Shown here piece after piece: positions 24,216 to 39,424 of a stretch of DNA of 64,000 nucleotides. Within the stretch, counting starts at the first letter, position 1. Each line of letters begins with the position of its first letter. The stretch spans positions 248,001 through 312,000 of the forward strand of contig JAUFOQ010000016.1 in NCBI GenBank assembly GCA_040285855.1, given 5' to 3'. The notes beneath the pieces are model-generated. The model saw only the letters and a list, made by a program, of their open reading frames with translations, had not been told where the DNA came from and did no database searches. The stretch comes from Eukaryota sp. GEM-RC1. Taxonomy: Eukaryota. A program made the position numbers and the translations under genes.

Positions 24216-27200
24216 CTACCTCCACGGCATGCTCGACAACTCTCGATGAATTCTTCCATCAAAAATTTCCTTCAATATTGCAACAATTTTTAAATCTTGT
24301 TCTTCATCTGATATTGACACTAAATCGGATATTCTTTCAATAACGCTAGAACTGTTTGCTTCAAAAACATTGTACAAAGTATTTACCAACACTTGTACTT
24401 TTGAACTTCGTCTGAGAAGTGCTTTACCAAAAGCATTTACACTGGGACTGAAAGATCCATCAAGTCCTGAATGACCAAGAAGCTTAATGAAGGCTGACGA
24501 ATATCGTAGAGATGGTAACGATTGCTGACCGTCATTGATGACGTCATCACGTAATGCTGACGTGTCGTGAATGCAATCACCTGTCGTGGACAAAACAAAG
24601 GAAGAAGGTGATACATTAGAATCATTTAAGACGTAGGAAAGAGCTAGCATTAGTGAGTAATTTCGACTGAACAACAGTTTTGTTGTCCAAAAAGAAGGCA
24701 GATTGATAGAATTCGAATTAAAGAAGTGACTAAACACATTGGTATCCATCGAATTCTCAAACTGATGAATAATACCGTCATTACCATTGTCTGAAAATAA
24801 AACATTGAAATTTTCACCAAAATTTAAATCCTCTAATGTCAGAAATTTGCCCTTTAACAGACTAGAAATATTCGAAAGAGATCCCAGACCAAAATGAACA
24901 TCAATCACTTTTGGTAATGACAAACCAAGGCGTTGACCTAAAACATTGGATGTGAGATGATTGTTGAAATAATATCGTAATATAGGAATCACAAGATCAA
25001 AATCATGACGTTTTTCTGTAGAAGCAAATGGAGAAAGGGAAAGAGTAAGTGACGATGCTTCTCCATTGGACAAAACAATTGGAACAGTTGCGGTGGGAGT
25101 ATTTGAAAAATGAAAGGTATTGAAATATTGAGAAGAAATACCAGTAATTTTGGAATTTGTTTTGTGTATGTGTGAGAAAAGAGGAAGTGACTTAGAAAAA
25201 GTATCAGAAACATCAAAACTCAAGAACGAATCCGACAAATTTCCTGCAATATTTAGAAATTCTGAAGAACACAAGTTGACATTGTTCAGCAAGTCAGGTA
25301 GTTCCTTGTCTGTTATGGATTTAGCAGTTGTTTGGATCAAGCGATCAACTGAAGAATTAGAAATTCGATAATTTAATTGCTTCAGAGCAAGTAAAAGATC
25401 ATGAATTTTCCGACTTAAAATCGAATAATCATGAGCATAATTTTTGAAATTTAAGATATAACCTCGTATTTGAGATAACATTTGTAAGCAATGAGAGGGA
25501 GCAAAATCATTAAGAGAGTTTTCAAATATTTTGAAAAATTCGAGAACATTTGAAATCAAATGAGGGCTATCAGCAGCAATTCTATCTACTACAGAAATTA
25601 AAAATTCACATGATAGATTATTTTTAATATCGTCAATGTCAAACGGTGGATAATCCAAGTTAGCCAACGATACGATAAAATTAAAAATATTTGAAGAGAA
25701 ATGTGGCATGAGAGCAAATACTATAGAAAGTTCGCCAATAGATTTTGTCTTGTACAAAAGTAACGGAATCCAAAGTTTCCAAATTTCGAGTCTAGCAATT
25801 GTTCTTTTCAATTGACTCGCCAAATTTTCAAAATTGTCATTATTCACAGTTAAACAATCAAAAATAGCAGGAAACAACGAATCAGGTGATTGACCAAGAG
25901 TAATAGCAGTTGCAAACGAAACCAAAGAATCATGATAAACTTGATGATCATAATTAACCCAACCAAGGCCAACCCAAGCAGTTATTGACTGTTGATTCTG
26001 ATTGATTGCTGCATAAAACGAGTTTACACTATCCTCTTTCGGACGTTCCAAGTAGCTGGTGATCTTGCCTCGAAGAGAACACATCTCAGAGGCGGTAAAT
26101 GGCATGTTAGCAAGGAGTTCCAGATTAGTTAAGGATAGAATGTCGAGTGCAGATTGTAGAAGAGAATGTCTTTTGGGAGATTCGTTTTTGAGAAGACCGG
26201 CAGCTGACAAATGAATTTTAATTTCTTCAATTGTTTTAAAAATAGCAGATTGTTGGTCAACTGAGGATTCATGATATAATAGCTGGTGGATACAGTTTGC
26301 TGCACCATAGAGATTCTGATGTCGTAGAAATTGAGCAAATTGAAGCAAAAACTGCACTCGTAAGTACGAAACAGAACAGGAAAGAATGTTGTTCAAGGTC
26401 TTATCAGTAGAGTTACTACATAATTGTACAACTTTGATTAGAAATTGAATTCTAAGATTGCTTAGAAATGAGCAATCAACAACGTCATCGAACAGGGATG
26501 ACGTACACTCTTCCATTTTAAGAGAACTTCTTGAATATCCTTGACTGATGACGTGTCAGACGAAGGGGAAATACTACTGATTTTTTTTAAAGGTAGTGAA
26601 TGAAACATTTGCATCGTTAGAAATTGTTGAATTTGTTATAATTTTGAAAAATGAACGAATTGGCAAAACATTTGAAAAGGATGCATACACGGTATCCGCG
26701 GCTATAATTTTGTCAAGAATTGTAGAATTTTCAATTGCCATATCATCTAACACCTTTTCCTCCTGCAGTGACTGCTTCTTCGTAACGGAAACAGTTGACT
26801 GGACATCAAAGTGTTGCTGAAGAGAAGAATAAACCTTGTACAAAGGTCCCAGTATAGACAACTTAGAGAAGACTTCTCCGCTATTTAACTTTGCAGAGTT
26901 CCAAGTACCAGTAGCAAGGTTAGCTTGAATTGGAAGATCATTACCAGAAACAAAGTAAGAACTGTCAAGAGAAGTAAGAAGATCCCACCTTGATAATTGA
27001 GCGGCGGTATCAGCCCAGTGTTCAGTGATTAATTTGTAGGGTAGGTAGTGAGTAGGGAAATTTGAAAAGTTTGTAGTTGAAGTAAACTGTTTTAAAGCTT
27101 TGGTATACTCAGCATGAGCTGCTTCGGATTTACTAACAACTTCAAATGAAAAACCCTTTAGATGAGAACCTTCGATATCACCTTGACAAAGATCTCTAGC

Positions 27201-30200
27201 AAGTCTGCTATTGATTGCAGTGACCAAGGCAGGCTGGTTGGCCTGTTTGTAAGCCAAGGAAAGAAGGCAAAGTTGTTCAACTGCAGGAGAATCAGATGAC
27301 GTGAGAGATTCTAGTAGGACTATAGAAGAAATAGGATCCCCATTAGAAATGAAATGAGAAAGAAATGCGCCTGATGGATATATCTCATAAGTTTCACTGA
27401 TTTCGTGATAGAAAGAACCAACAAGAGAGAGGGCTAGAGGTGTTAAACCAAGGTATGAATATGGTGATGACGTTTCCAAGTCAATCATTGCAGCCATATG
27501 ATTGATTATGCTTAGAAGATGTTCTGGTTCTTCTTCTGACAAATTACTTATGGAAGGAATTAAAAACTTGGTCCATAAAATGAATACAGAATCAAAAGAC
27601 AAACGGGACACCTCTGAAAGCAAAGATAGTAAATCCAAACTTGGAGAATTATTGTTCAAAATTAAGAAAGAAAACATTAAAATGAAATTTAAAGGCCACA
27701 AATAATGTCCAACCCCCATGAAAGAAACAGAAGTTGTCTGTTCAGATTCGAAAATGTTTAAATCACAGAATTTCTTAGACATCCACGGGATTTGAACAAA
27801 ACAGAATTTACAAACATTAAAAAACTGGTAGAACTCGTCTTAAAAACGTCCAAAACCAAGTTACACGTCGATACTTGCAGGTCTTTACAATCACAAGTTA
27901 GAAGGGATCTTAAAACGTATGAAAATACATTAACATTGTCATCCAAATTAAAGGAATCATCAAAAAGTTTAAATTTGTGATTGTCAAAAATTTGATATAA
28001 AAGCTTATAGAAAGAAATTCTAAAAGAAGGGATCATGAAGATGACTTTAGACTCAATCTTCAGTAATGTTTGAACTAAAGGTAAAAGAATATGGGCTTCA
28101 AGGGGAATTGTAGAAAATCTTGGGAAATCCAAATAAAGAACAAGGTCTCTGAATGAAAGTACAGAAAACCCTGCAAAATCCAAATAATTTGGAGAAAACG
28201 ACTTCTTGGGAGAAGCAAGTTGGGTTTGAACGGATTGTGCACAACCAAATATGTTAAAATATTTCAAAATTAGTCGTTGAAAAATCAATTCGTCATTGGT
28301 AGTAGACACCAATGTACAAAAGTAATTATCCAAAATTCCAGAAAGACTAGGCACATCAGGAATTGAAAGTAGAAGTTGAATTAACAGTAATTGCAATGGA
28401 GCATACATTGATGAAACAAAAGAAGATAGAGGTGTATCAAATATCTGGAAAAAGTCAGAAAAAGTCACGAGAAAACCAAAAAATTCTGATAGAATATCAA
28501 ATATTTTAGAGACAAAATGAGGGATCTGAGTAAGTAAACGTTGAAGAAGAACAAAAGAAAGAGATATGTTAAGAAAAAGTCGATGTAGCTGAACTAGATC
28601 AGCAGCAGTCTTCGTCTTTGATGAATAATTGTGACAAAATTCAAGAATACGACTTGACACGGCTGTAATTACTTCTACAAGAGAAGAAAACACCTGTTCC
28701 AAAACAATGGTAGACAACAAAGTATCAGACACACACTGTACTGAACCAATCAGCCCATCAAATGACGTGATCAAGGTTGATGCCAGACACAGTACGAAAG
28801 AGGAAAGATTCCGATCAGAAGAAAGATTTAGACTTAAGAGATCAATAGCTAGAAGTGCTCCATTGAAGAAAGAAAAGATCCCCATTAACCTCACTTTGGG
28901 ATGGGTATGACTTTCTGTGATAGAATTATGGAGTTTGGTGACTACATCACCAGCCGAGGAAGACTTTGACTTGAACAGTGAGTTGAAGAACTGAAGAGAC
29001 ATCCAAGTGGAACAAAAAGCTGTGAGAGCTATTTTACGATCAGTTTCCTGCGAGGATTGTTGAATTTGAAATAAAAAGGGGATGATAGTAGAATCTGTTT
29101 CAGAGGGCTTGACTAGGTTATAATCAATAAGAAAGCCAATAATTGAGTAGAAATTGCTGGAAAGATCAAAATTAGGGTTGAATTTTTGAAAAGTTCCAAA
29201 ATATAAATCAAGGGTGGAAATTAAATTTTTGGAATGATTCATTAATGATTGAGGTTCAACACATGGATAAGATTTAAAAATATTCAAAGTTGTTGAGGCT
29301 AGAAAATTGAAAATTTCTCTAAATAAAAGTGGTTTCGGCGGAGTGTTGATTGTACACTTTAACAGACACTTTAGAAGAGAATAGCAGACTAACATCATCA
29401 CATCATGTTCCCGCCCAAATTTTGGCGGAGAAAAGCTGAAAAGGGTGGAAATAATCGGAATGTGAAAGATTGCATGATTTTCACAAAGTATTGTTTTTAA
29501 ATCAGCTTCGGTTGAATAAGGTTGAAGAAAAGACAACCAGATAAAAGAAGTTGTAAAAGTATCATTCCCATGTTGAAAAAGTTTAAACATGAATGATTTT
29601 GCAATTGTTAACTCACTGAAGAACATTTTCTTAGAAATAATAATGGAAATTATATCAAAAGCGGCAAACAGAGTATTCCGATTAACTCCCGATTCTGAGT
29701 ACAAATCTGATTGAGAAATAGAGACACACTGGCGTAGAATTTTAGAATGAAGTTTTTGAAAATAAGAAAGTTCTTCATGTGATAACTCTGCTAGAAATCT
29801 CAAAGAATGAATAGAAAACGCATACAAACTAATATCACAAAGTGGTTCTGCAAACGCAGTAAATGAATAAATGTGGTGACTCAGTTCTAAAAGAGGCCTG
29901 GGACATAGAGAAAACAGAAGAACTGAGGTATGACTAACTTCAGTAGCTAAAGCTATAAAGCCACCAGTTGAAGCTTGTTCAGTGTTTTCTTTTAGTACGT
30001 TGAGGTATTTAACAGTTAATCGATCAATCAGTACGGCCAATTTTTCCCAAAAAGTTTGTGATGAATATTCAATTTTGTTGAAGTATAAATGTTTGAGAAA
30101 AGGCTGGATGAAGTATAGCAGCGAGTTTAAAACAAACAAATCCTTTGAGAACGCACCAAATATATCAGAGAAAATGGCATTTGTAGGATTACTACCAAGA

Positions 30201-33200
30201 ACGCTTAAACACAAATCCAAAATTTTAATAGAGACACCTGGAAAAACATCCATATTAGTAGCAACATTATTTAAATCCCATTTTAATCTACCCATAATTT
30301 GACGAGATGAGTGATTTCCAACCAAGTGAGCAACTGACATTAGCAATTCTGCTTCAATATTCTGATACAAAGTAATAGACAAACTGTTAACCAAAGCTTG
30401 AGTAGCTACGAATCTGTCAACAAACGGATAGCTAGTAGGAGGATGTACAAAGAAATCAAGTGATGAGCAATAATTTAAATTCTGTAAACACAGCACCATC
30501 ATGTTTGGGACATCCAAAACAAAGGAAGGGATGTGGGCTGACAATTGACCAATGATTCTGAAGACAAAGTACTTGGGAAGGAACGAAAGCTCAGACTCAT
30601 GAGAAAAAGGTAATGTTAGAATCTCGATAAAAGCCTCAGAAACATAAATCTTTAACATTTCAAATATTGGAGCAAGATTTGGAGTTAAAGAGGAAGAGTC
30701 TATTTTGGAGCAAAACTTGAGTGTTCCGGAATATTTAAATTCAACAATTTGAGAAGAATTTGAAAATATCCGTAATGATTTGGACCTAATAAAGCCTTGG
30801 AAAAGACTGGTCCGATTTTAGATTGAAAGCTGGCACTTGGATTAGCAAGAAATGCAGCAAGTAACAATAAGAAATGAGAAACCTCCCCATCAAATTTAAT
30901 TGGAACTTGTGACATTGAATAAGCCTGTTCTGTTTGAAAGATTACCTGACAAAGTGACTCAAATACCATTAGAGGATCACCTTGAAGATAATGAAGTACT
31001 TTGGCAAAAGACAAGCACTTAATTTTAGTTCTAGTAATAACCTTTGGATCATACCCAGTTAAATCTCCTAGAATCTGACCAAGTGCTGCAAACTTTGACA
31101 CAATGGCCAATGCGAATTCCGGTCTGTAAATCAAAGCAAAAGAAGAAGCTAACTTTCCCAGAACTATACCCCCCGGTAGAGGGGTGGGGCCAGTCAGTGT
31201 TGTTCAGAGCTACATTTAGAGGTTGTAGTTCGTTGACAATTAGCCTAAATAACTGTTGTGGGAGTTGATGTTTTAGTTTCCGATATATTCGAGCAGTTAA
31301 AACTGATAGGTAATCACTGCTTGATAATATACCAGTCAAAATCATCATCAACAGCTGACCTTGAAGTTCAAAATCAGATGATGTTAGAACAATGTCGAGC
31401 ACATTACATGCAAGTTCCATAATCATACAAGCGGCAGTTGTTGCTGGTAATAGAGAAGATCTAGCCATTGCAGGTAAACGTTCCTTTTCTACTTGAATCA
31501 TTAATGGAGAGCAAGCTCCGAGTGGAAGAGGTTCAGAAGAAGAAGGTTTTAGGAGTGTGGAGGCGTGTGCAAGAAGTCGTTTGACTTCTGGAGAATCATG
31601 TGATACTGCGTGAGTCGTGATTAGGGTTGATAGGCCTCCAAAGCATTGTGAAACTGTGGTAATATCATCAAGATCATAGGATAGAACAAGCTTGTAAAGT
31701 TTGTCTGAAATCCTAGGTAAAAGTGCCATTAAATCGATTTGGAAATGTTTCGCCATTTTGTTGAAGAAACGCTGGATTTCTGCTTTGAAAAGGTTTTTAG
31801 TTACAGAAAATAATTGAGCTAAAACTTCCATCACTTCTGTTGACTCATCCAATGAAGGACAACTTCGTTGAAAGAACTCAAAGAGTTGAGTGAATAGTTC
31901 TGAGATTGAAAACCAACATTTTAAAAATAAGAAATGTCCGGATGTGTTAGACAAACAGCAAACCACAGCTTGTGAGAAATTCAGTAGAGAATCATCTTCA
32001 AAAGAAGCATGAGTCAGTAGGATATATAGGAGAACTGTGGCAGCAATACTGGAGAATTTGTTAAGAGATCGGGATAGTCTCATGAAATGTTTTAGTAAAC
32101 ATTCCCAGAAGTGTTGTGGAATTTGGGATGAATATTTGGATATTATTTCAAAAAGAGTGTTGTTGATTGATGTTGTTGTGAATTGTTGATTGATGACGTG
32201 AACAAAACAGTCAACCACCAATGACGTCATTAGTTCAGAATCTTCAAGAGAATCAAATGTCGTGGCCATGATTGAGTTCGATTGTGAAATCATCTCATTG
32301 CTATCAAATTCGCTGACTCTTTCTTGTTCTTTGAAATTCTTATCCACTGATTGCAGATTGGAGTAGCTCTTAGACACCAAAGGGAATAACAGTAGTGAAG
32401 AAAAGCCATACAAAAACAAGGTCTTGTGGAAAGGGGTTTCAGGAGTTCCAGTCAATACTTTTTTTAATGTAAAAATGCAGAGTTTTTGACAAGAAAGTAA
32501 AACAGTAGCACTTGGTACAGTTAAAAAGTTGTGAAAATTGACAAATGGAGGAAAAACCACCCCTGATGCAACAGTAAGCACAATGTGAGAGGAATTCTGT
32601 AGATTTGTAGACAATGTTGAAGCAAATGGAAGTTTAAACTCCGAATTTGAGCCGTATTCGATGAAATAATCTTTCTCGTCAAAACTTCCATAGAAAACAA
32701 AATCATTAAAATTGGGATAGAGATCAAGTGTTGCAGGAAATCGGAGTAAAGTTTTAGCAATATTTGAAATTTTGCCCAAAATTTTGATACAATATCTAGT
32801 AACTGAAACGTATTCTGGTCGCGTATTTTTGACTAAATTAAGTAAACCGCCGATAACACTAGGATTTCGACTGAAGAAACTTTCCACTTTCTGTGGCTTA
32901 CAAGCATCCACCACGTGATTCAGAAACAATAGAGCTGATCTAACTAAGTTGACTTGAAAAGGGATAGGACAAAGTAGTGCGTGGGAGCAGGCACGAAGAC
33001 AATAATCAAAAATGATTGGTGATAATTTGAAGACAGCAGAAAATGATATAATAGCGTCAAGGGCTGTAAATCCAGGTAAACTGAAGGGATGACACTTCCA
33101 AAACTCTAATAAAACACTGAAAGAGTCTTCAATAAGAGGTTCTAAATGACGGAAAAGGCCGGGATCAAGAGCAGTAGGTGATGATCGAAGACCTTCAAGC

Positions 33201-35625
33201 CACAGTCTAACCACTAGTAAGCAAACATGTATGGTTTCATAACAATTTTTAAAAATCAGTACGGGACATGCTCTAATTTGTTCAAATATCGAACACAACA
33301 CTAAAGGCGTATACCTCACAAGTATAGGCAACAACAAGCAAGCCTCTTGGCTATGAGGAGACTCCAGGGGAGTTGGGGGGATAGAAGAAGGGGAAACTCC
33401 AAAACCAATGTAGATTGATACGCAATCGTTGATGGTGAGAGACCAAAAGGAACTATGAGAAAGTTTTTGAAGAAACTGACGCCAAACAAACAAGAAAGGA
33501 ATAGTCTCGACTGAAATTGAACTAGGCGTGGTGGTTGAGAATTTCTGAATTTGGTGTGGAATTGAAGTAGCTAGTATGTGCATAACTCTATCAATTATGA
33601 TTGGAGCTGTAATATGACTGTCGATCAATTCCATTATGAATGTCGTGATTACCGGATGTTCCAGACACAAGGAAACTATTGAAGGAAGAATTGGAAGCAG
33701 ACTGTTGAGTAGAAGACTTGGTTCTAGTGTTTTAAGTACAGATATTAGCTGATTACAGAAAACATCAATATCAGAATTGGTGAATAAAATAGAATTTGAA
33801 TCCAGTTCTGAATACACAACAACCAAAGACTGTAGAAAGTTTTCAATAAATTTAGAAATTAATACAGTAATTTGTCCCATGAACCAATTAGCTTGGAATG
33901 ACGAGTCACTGACTGGATGAGTAAGTATTCGAACACAATTAGAAAAAACTCGTATTAAACGAAGCAAATAAGTTTTGATATAGGGGGTGGAATCCTTATA
34001 AAGACCGAGAATACCTTCATTCCACTTAGTAAAAGGATTAAAATAACCCACATTTAAATCATTCACAGCAAAACTAAAAGGAGATGAAGATTGGATGAAA
34101 AGGAGAAGTTCGCTGCCCATTCCAGGAGTAAAGCTCATGGGTATTGCCTGTTTCAAAGGATCAACGTCATCACAGTCATCAGAATAGAGCTCAGTCACCC
34201 GACCATAATAATATTTTAAAAGTTTGAATTGCTCATGAATACAAACCAATTTCGACACACACAAAGCTAGTGAATTCGAAACTACTCCAACTAATTCCTT
34301 AAAACCTGTAATCTCCGTATCAGGAATTACCATGGGTTTTCCCTCACAGCCTAGAGCTATCGGACACACAATCTTACTCAGAGGTTCGAACATGTTGGTG
34401 AGGATGGTCAGGGCAGTGGAAGTGGTGGGGATTGTCATTGAAGCATCCACAAGGATAAGAGATAGTAGATGGAAAAGATGTAGCAGTAGAGGCTTTGTTA
34501 GGGAATCTTTTGCTTTGAAGAAGTATTCAATCATGACACGTAATAGTTTTGATCGTGAGTCAATCAAAAATGAGTGTGAGTTGACGTTTACAGGGAAGGA
34601 CAATGCAGCTAATGAGTGGATATTGAGAAGTTCTGCAAATTGAGCTTGATTTTGATGAATTAAATCTGGTTCTAGAATCACGGAAAGCACTTGTGGAACA
34701 TTATTAAACATTTCTTTAAGAGCACCACCAGAACCAAATTTCAGCTGAAAAACAAAAATTTCAAAAAATGATGTCGATAAGATGTGAATTTGTTCAAAAC
34801 ATCGTGACATTCTTGAACAAGCTCCGCATTTTGAAATTTTGAAATATGTTCAGAAATCAGCTGCCGTCTTTTGAAAGTAATCACGTATAACATCAACATT
34901 CTAGTAAACAACTTAATAACTGCTGGTGATGGATTAGTAACATTTGTACAAATATAGTCCATAATATTTAAAAAATTAGAACAAAATCGTAAAACCATTA
35001 CTACAAGAGGTGGATCAAGACTGGACTCCTTGAAATACTGGGAGAGAAACTGTAGCAAAGAAAAGTTGATGTACCTGGAAAGTCCAGCGTAAAAGGTTAG
35101 AGATTTATCATTCAGGTTGTTGATGATGTTATCATTATCAAATATTGGAAGAAATGAAACAAAAAAAGTATAAGCATCATTGGGAGCGTTGGTGATGAGG
35201 AAATTTCGATGACAAAGAGTCCTCAACAACTCAAGCGCACTCATTGAAACCATGTGGAACTGGTGGGGAAGAGCATGAGAAAGTAAAGAGAGAAACTGTG
35301 GGATAAAGGGAATGGTAGGTTTGTTGAGTGGAACTCTAGAGAGGAAGCGTAGAAAGGATGCTATGGCTTCAGCAGCATTTGTGGAAAGAGAAGGAGGAGG
35401 AGTCGTCAGTAGTTGAGCAATCCTGCAATCGAGAAGAGAAGAGAGTGTGGATTCAATGTAGTGAGAGAAGAGAAGTTCTAGGGAAGAGTCAAGTTTTCTG
35501 GACAATGCAGAAAGAGACAATGCAGAAAGAGCTTCATCGTCACTAACATTGTTAATTTCACTGATTAGAAGCATGAATTTTTGGTTGGCATCAGTAGGAT
35601 GAGATGCCGGTGGAAGTCCACTCAT
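24216..35625 (-). CDS. TRRAP: TRRAP/Tra1 PIKK pseudokinase (~3800 aa) split into 6 ORFs by indels
   Basis: Long HEAT-like region; FAT motifs EHWADTAAQLSRWDLL, AWVGLG and WKLWIPLLL; kinase-like FWTTKLLFSRNYSLMLALSYVL and PSLRYSSAFIKLLGHSGLDGSF without catalytic motifs; FATC-like end MPWR. Confidence 0.8.
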
Positions 35626-35699
35626 AAGAATGGAAAGAAATTTGTTTTAAGTTAAAACCAGACATATTTCTTAATACTTTTACCACTTAAACACGTAGA

Positions 35700-36600
35700 C
35701 TCTCTGACAATGTTTTATATGGAACAAGAACACCACGATAAACACAAATACTAGAACTCAATATCATTAAAGCAACAATCAGTGTCATTAAAACTCACAT
35801 CAGCTTTTTCTTCATAAAAAACACTGAGAGCTAATAGAGCTTTTGAAATCATGATAGGAATTGTTTTAAATATTGTAAAAACAATATGATTCAACCAAAA
35901 CTTGAAATCAAATTTCTTGTTCATTCTTTTTTGGACAACTTTCTCGAATTCAGAGAGAAAACAAAGAGCATCTCTACCAACTCGACCATAAATTGAAATT
36001 GCAGAAGGACATAATTTGTACTCAACATGTCTAATATGTTTGAGAGCAGTCAATGGTTCATCATATTTCTTTCTCTTGTACTGTTCTGAAGAATTCAGTG
36101 TAGAAACTTCATTTTTAGTATCCTTGAATGTACTTTTTTTGCAAATATCCACAGTAATCACATCAACAACCGTTAGTTCATCATTGACTGATGGAACTAT
36201 GACATTAGCTCTTCTTTTACCAAAAGTCTTATCAAAATCAATATTTTTTTACATTATTGATTTCCAGTGAACTCAACAGTGGCTCATCAAAAGATTCGAT
36301 TTTGTATGACTTACACATGACATGAATTTGATCTCTGACAGCATCATGAATGCAAGTTCTATAAGTAATGAAACAATTGCAACTCAAAAGGTGACAAAAA
36401 CTAACTAATTTACCCATGTACATTCAAGATTATTAGCTAAAGTAGACGGCCACAAGAAGCATCGAAGTCTAAATGTTGTAGTCCATTGATAATCATTCAA
36501 CAAAAATCCCTAAATCTGCGGAGTTTTGTTGATCATACGAACTGTTCTTCAAATCGATTAAAAATTTGCGAACGCTTGATTTGTTTCACGGAAGGAAATA
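35700..36600 (-). mobile_element. Degraded 5'-truncated CRE-like non-LTR retrotransposon (RLE domain); boundaries approximate
   Basis: HLLSCN..RTCIHDAVRDQ, EPLL, VDI, EQYKRKKY, AISIYGRVG. The 3' part is closely similar to 60666-60826. Confidence 0.8.
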
Positions 36601-36762
36601 TGCTGTTGACTGTAATGTTAACTAGGGTTGCACAAGATACGTCACACACTGCTCCGTGACATCGCCACTTGGGCATGTTTTTTGGGGAACAAATCATATT
36701 TTTGTCTAAACATATTCAACGAAGCTTCGTATATATCTCTACCAAACATTAAATTTACAGTA

Positions 36763-39060
36763 CACTCTACCCTCCCATTAGTGCAAGCTTTTGGGCAGAC
36801 CTTAATGGGAGTTTTACCTTAATGGGAGGTTTTGATTGTACAGACATGAACAGCAGACGACAGCTTTTTATGATAAATAAACCAACAAACTATGACTATT
36901 GTGCACCATTTGGTGATGAATTGAAGATGGCAAGGATGTACCTCCACGGGTAATCGTCGTCCAAATTTAAGTGGTGGGATTGAGGAAAAATATTGCTGAA
37001 CACTCAATCATCAGCAAATAATTATTTATTCTAAAAGTAATAGACAACAACACTACAGTGTACATACATCTAATAATCAATATCCTCAAAGTCCAGATTG
37101 CCTAACTGGAAATTTTCACCTACCTTATCTTCATAATGTCTGCCAAGAGATAATAAAGCACTAGATACAGAAATCACCATACCTTTAAAGATAGCCAACA
37201 CGATTCGATTTTTCCAAAATCTAAGATCAAAAGTCCTAGATGTGTTTTTCTTTTACAATCTTCACATAGATTTCAAGTAATCATGTTGCAGATTCACCTA
37301 AAGAACCGTACAGTGAAAATACAAAAGGGTACAACAAGCAAGTAATTCGAGTGTGAAGCCGGATTCAATAATTTCAATTTAACACAATATTTTTGCTTTT
37401 TAAATTTTTCACCAATCAACAAGGGGTTTTTAGCAGTAGATTTAGCAAGTTTCTTGTTGGAATCATTACAAACATCGACAGACATAACATCATCAATAAT
37501 GAAAGATCCATCAAGACCAGGAATATGACATCACCACGGCTATTTCCAAACGATTTGTCAACATTTGTATCATCAAACAAACCAGCCAGAACTGGTTCTA
37601 AAAAGGAAACTATTCCATAAGATTTACACATACAATATAATTGATCCCTTACTGAATCATGAACCTTACTTCTAAAGAAAATAAAACGGTTACAATTCAA
37701 TAAATGTGTAGGTGTTACAGATTGCCCACATTGGCATTTCAAATTATGTGGAAGGTTATCAGGCCAAATATAGACCGTAAACGCATTATTAATGACCAAG
37801 AGTTATCATCAAGAAGAAGACCGTAAACTTGAGAGATTTGAGTAATCAGACATGAAGCAGAGCTATTAGAAACATCCATTAAAAAATTTGCAAAAGCGGG
37901 ATTTTTTTCCTTGACCATGCCAAGTCGAACATTATAATCCAAGCTTTCAAAAATATTTGTGAGTTTCTGTTGTAATTTTTTCAGACGGAACTGAAGATTA
38001 GTCAAAGATCTTTCAGGTATTTCAGACACAGATTCTGGGAAACACTGAGACCAAACGTCAAAAGGTAATTTGATTAACGCTTCGTTTAAGTCAAATAAAT
38101 ATTTACATGAATTGGGGTTAATAAGGGAAATATCATTAGGAAATCGATTAACAAATTCAAAGATCAAATTTTTTCCACCGCCTAAAAAAAGCAGATTTGC
38201 AAAGAATTGATGGTTTGGTAAAACCAATACCACCAAAATGAGCAGAAGTAAACAAATGACTTCTAAGAAACGTTGAAGCAACTTCTAACAATGAAGCAAA
38301 AAATTAATCCTCAACTCGTTAAAAGATCTACAAAAGTTCAGAGCGATTGAAGGAGCAGTAGATCTCAAAAAAATGTGTGATTTTTCCGGAGTAGCAAATT
38401 TTTAAAATAAAAAACTTGATATGTTTTTCAATATCATATGAAGAAATTGTGTTGAGTTCTGAACCAATTTTGTCCAAACAATTAGATAATTCTTGAGAAA
38501 TTTTAGGAACATTCCCAAGCCAACATCCTAGAAAACGAAAAGCGTCTTCAACATAATTGATAAATGGAATCTGAACTCCATTAATATATAATTCTTGCGC
38601 AGATCTACCAATTAATAAACATTTGTCTGGGTTCAGAGATAAACCCAATGTTTCATAAATATCAGCGACTTCCACAGCGACTTTTGTTAACAATTCAAGG
38701 GGACCAATAACAGAAATATCATCCGTATAGCCAACTATCTTAAGGTCTGGGTATTTTTTTAAAATACACAAAAGCGAATCATGAATAGCCAAACAAAAGA
38801 AAAGAGGACCAAGAGGATCTCCTTGTTTAACACCAGACATAGATTTCAATGAATATGAATCATAAATTAAATTATCATCAGCAAATAGCAATGATGTCTC
38901 GTATGTAATGATATGATACGAAAAATAGAAGAGAGAAAAAGTTTATGTTAAGAACTGTAGTGCAATGGCAAGGGCACGGGAATCAAAAAGGACACGACAA
39001 AAAGTGGGTAGTCAAAATTTTACCTTAATGGGACGGAAACCTTAATGGAAGGGTAGACTG
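36763..39060. mobile_element. pogo/Tc1-mariner-like non-autonomous element hosting a CRE insertion
   Basis: TA|CACTCTACCCTCCCATTA versus the reverse complement of the right end TA|CAGTCTACCCTTCCATTA (16 of 18 match); paired CCTTAATGG repeats at ~36800-36830 and ~39023-39050. Confidence 0.6.
37021..38873 (-). mobile_element. 5'-truncated CRE-like non-LTR retrotransposon (RT + RLE)
   Basis: RT motifs GVKQGDPLGPLFF, GYTDDI, GLSLNPDKC, FRFLG; RLE motifs CQCGQ...HLLNC...RSKVHDSVRD, RGDV, KKQKY; 14-bp TSD ATCATCAGCAAATA (37007-37020, 38874-38887). Confidence 0.92.
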
Positions 39061-39334
39061 TAGTGGGTAAAATCACTAATGAAATAATTAAACTGGAAGT
39101 TGTATGATCGACTTCCATAGAAATTGGGGTTTTTACAATCAACTCTGATGAATTTGTTTGATTACTGAAAGAGTGGATGATTTGATGTTTCTTCATCACA
39201 ATTTACGCCTTTTAAGAAATGCACTGAATGACAGTATACTACAAGATATTACTAGTATTGTGTATCGGGAAGTAGTATTTTTGAAGTTTATGTTTTTACT
39301 ATCCGTGATATGAACACTAATGCTTAGTATTATG

Positions 39335-39424
39335 CAGTGAACGCTAACACGTTCAAAAATCGAATCTAACACGTGTTAACACGCGTGTTACGTGTCAGGC
39401 CGTGTTACGTGTTAGCGTTCACTG
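39335..39424. mobile_element. 90-bp hAT MITE
   Basis: Perfect 18-bp TIR CAGTGAACGCTAACACGT; perfect 8-bp TSD GTATTATG (39327-39334, 39425-39432). Confidence 0.93.

Noticed and set aside
30700..30716. 17-nt GT-AG micro-intron that would repair a TRRAP break
   Set aside because: It is extremely short, a frame match is expected one time in three, and single-base errors are common here.
31124..31169. 46-nt GT-AG intron at another TRRAP break
   Set aside because: The segment in the shifted frame (GIVLGKLASSFALIYRPEF) resembles the expected Tra1 helix, and a G6 run explains the shift.
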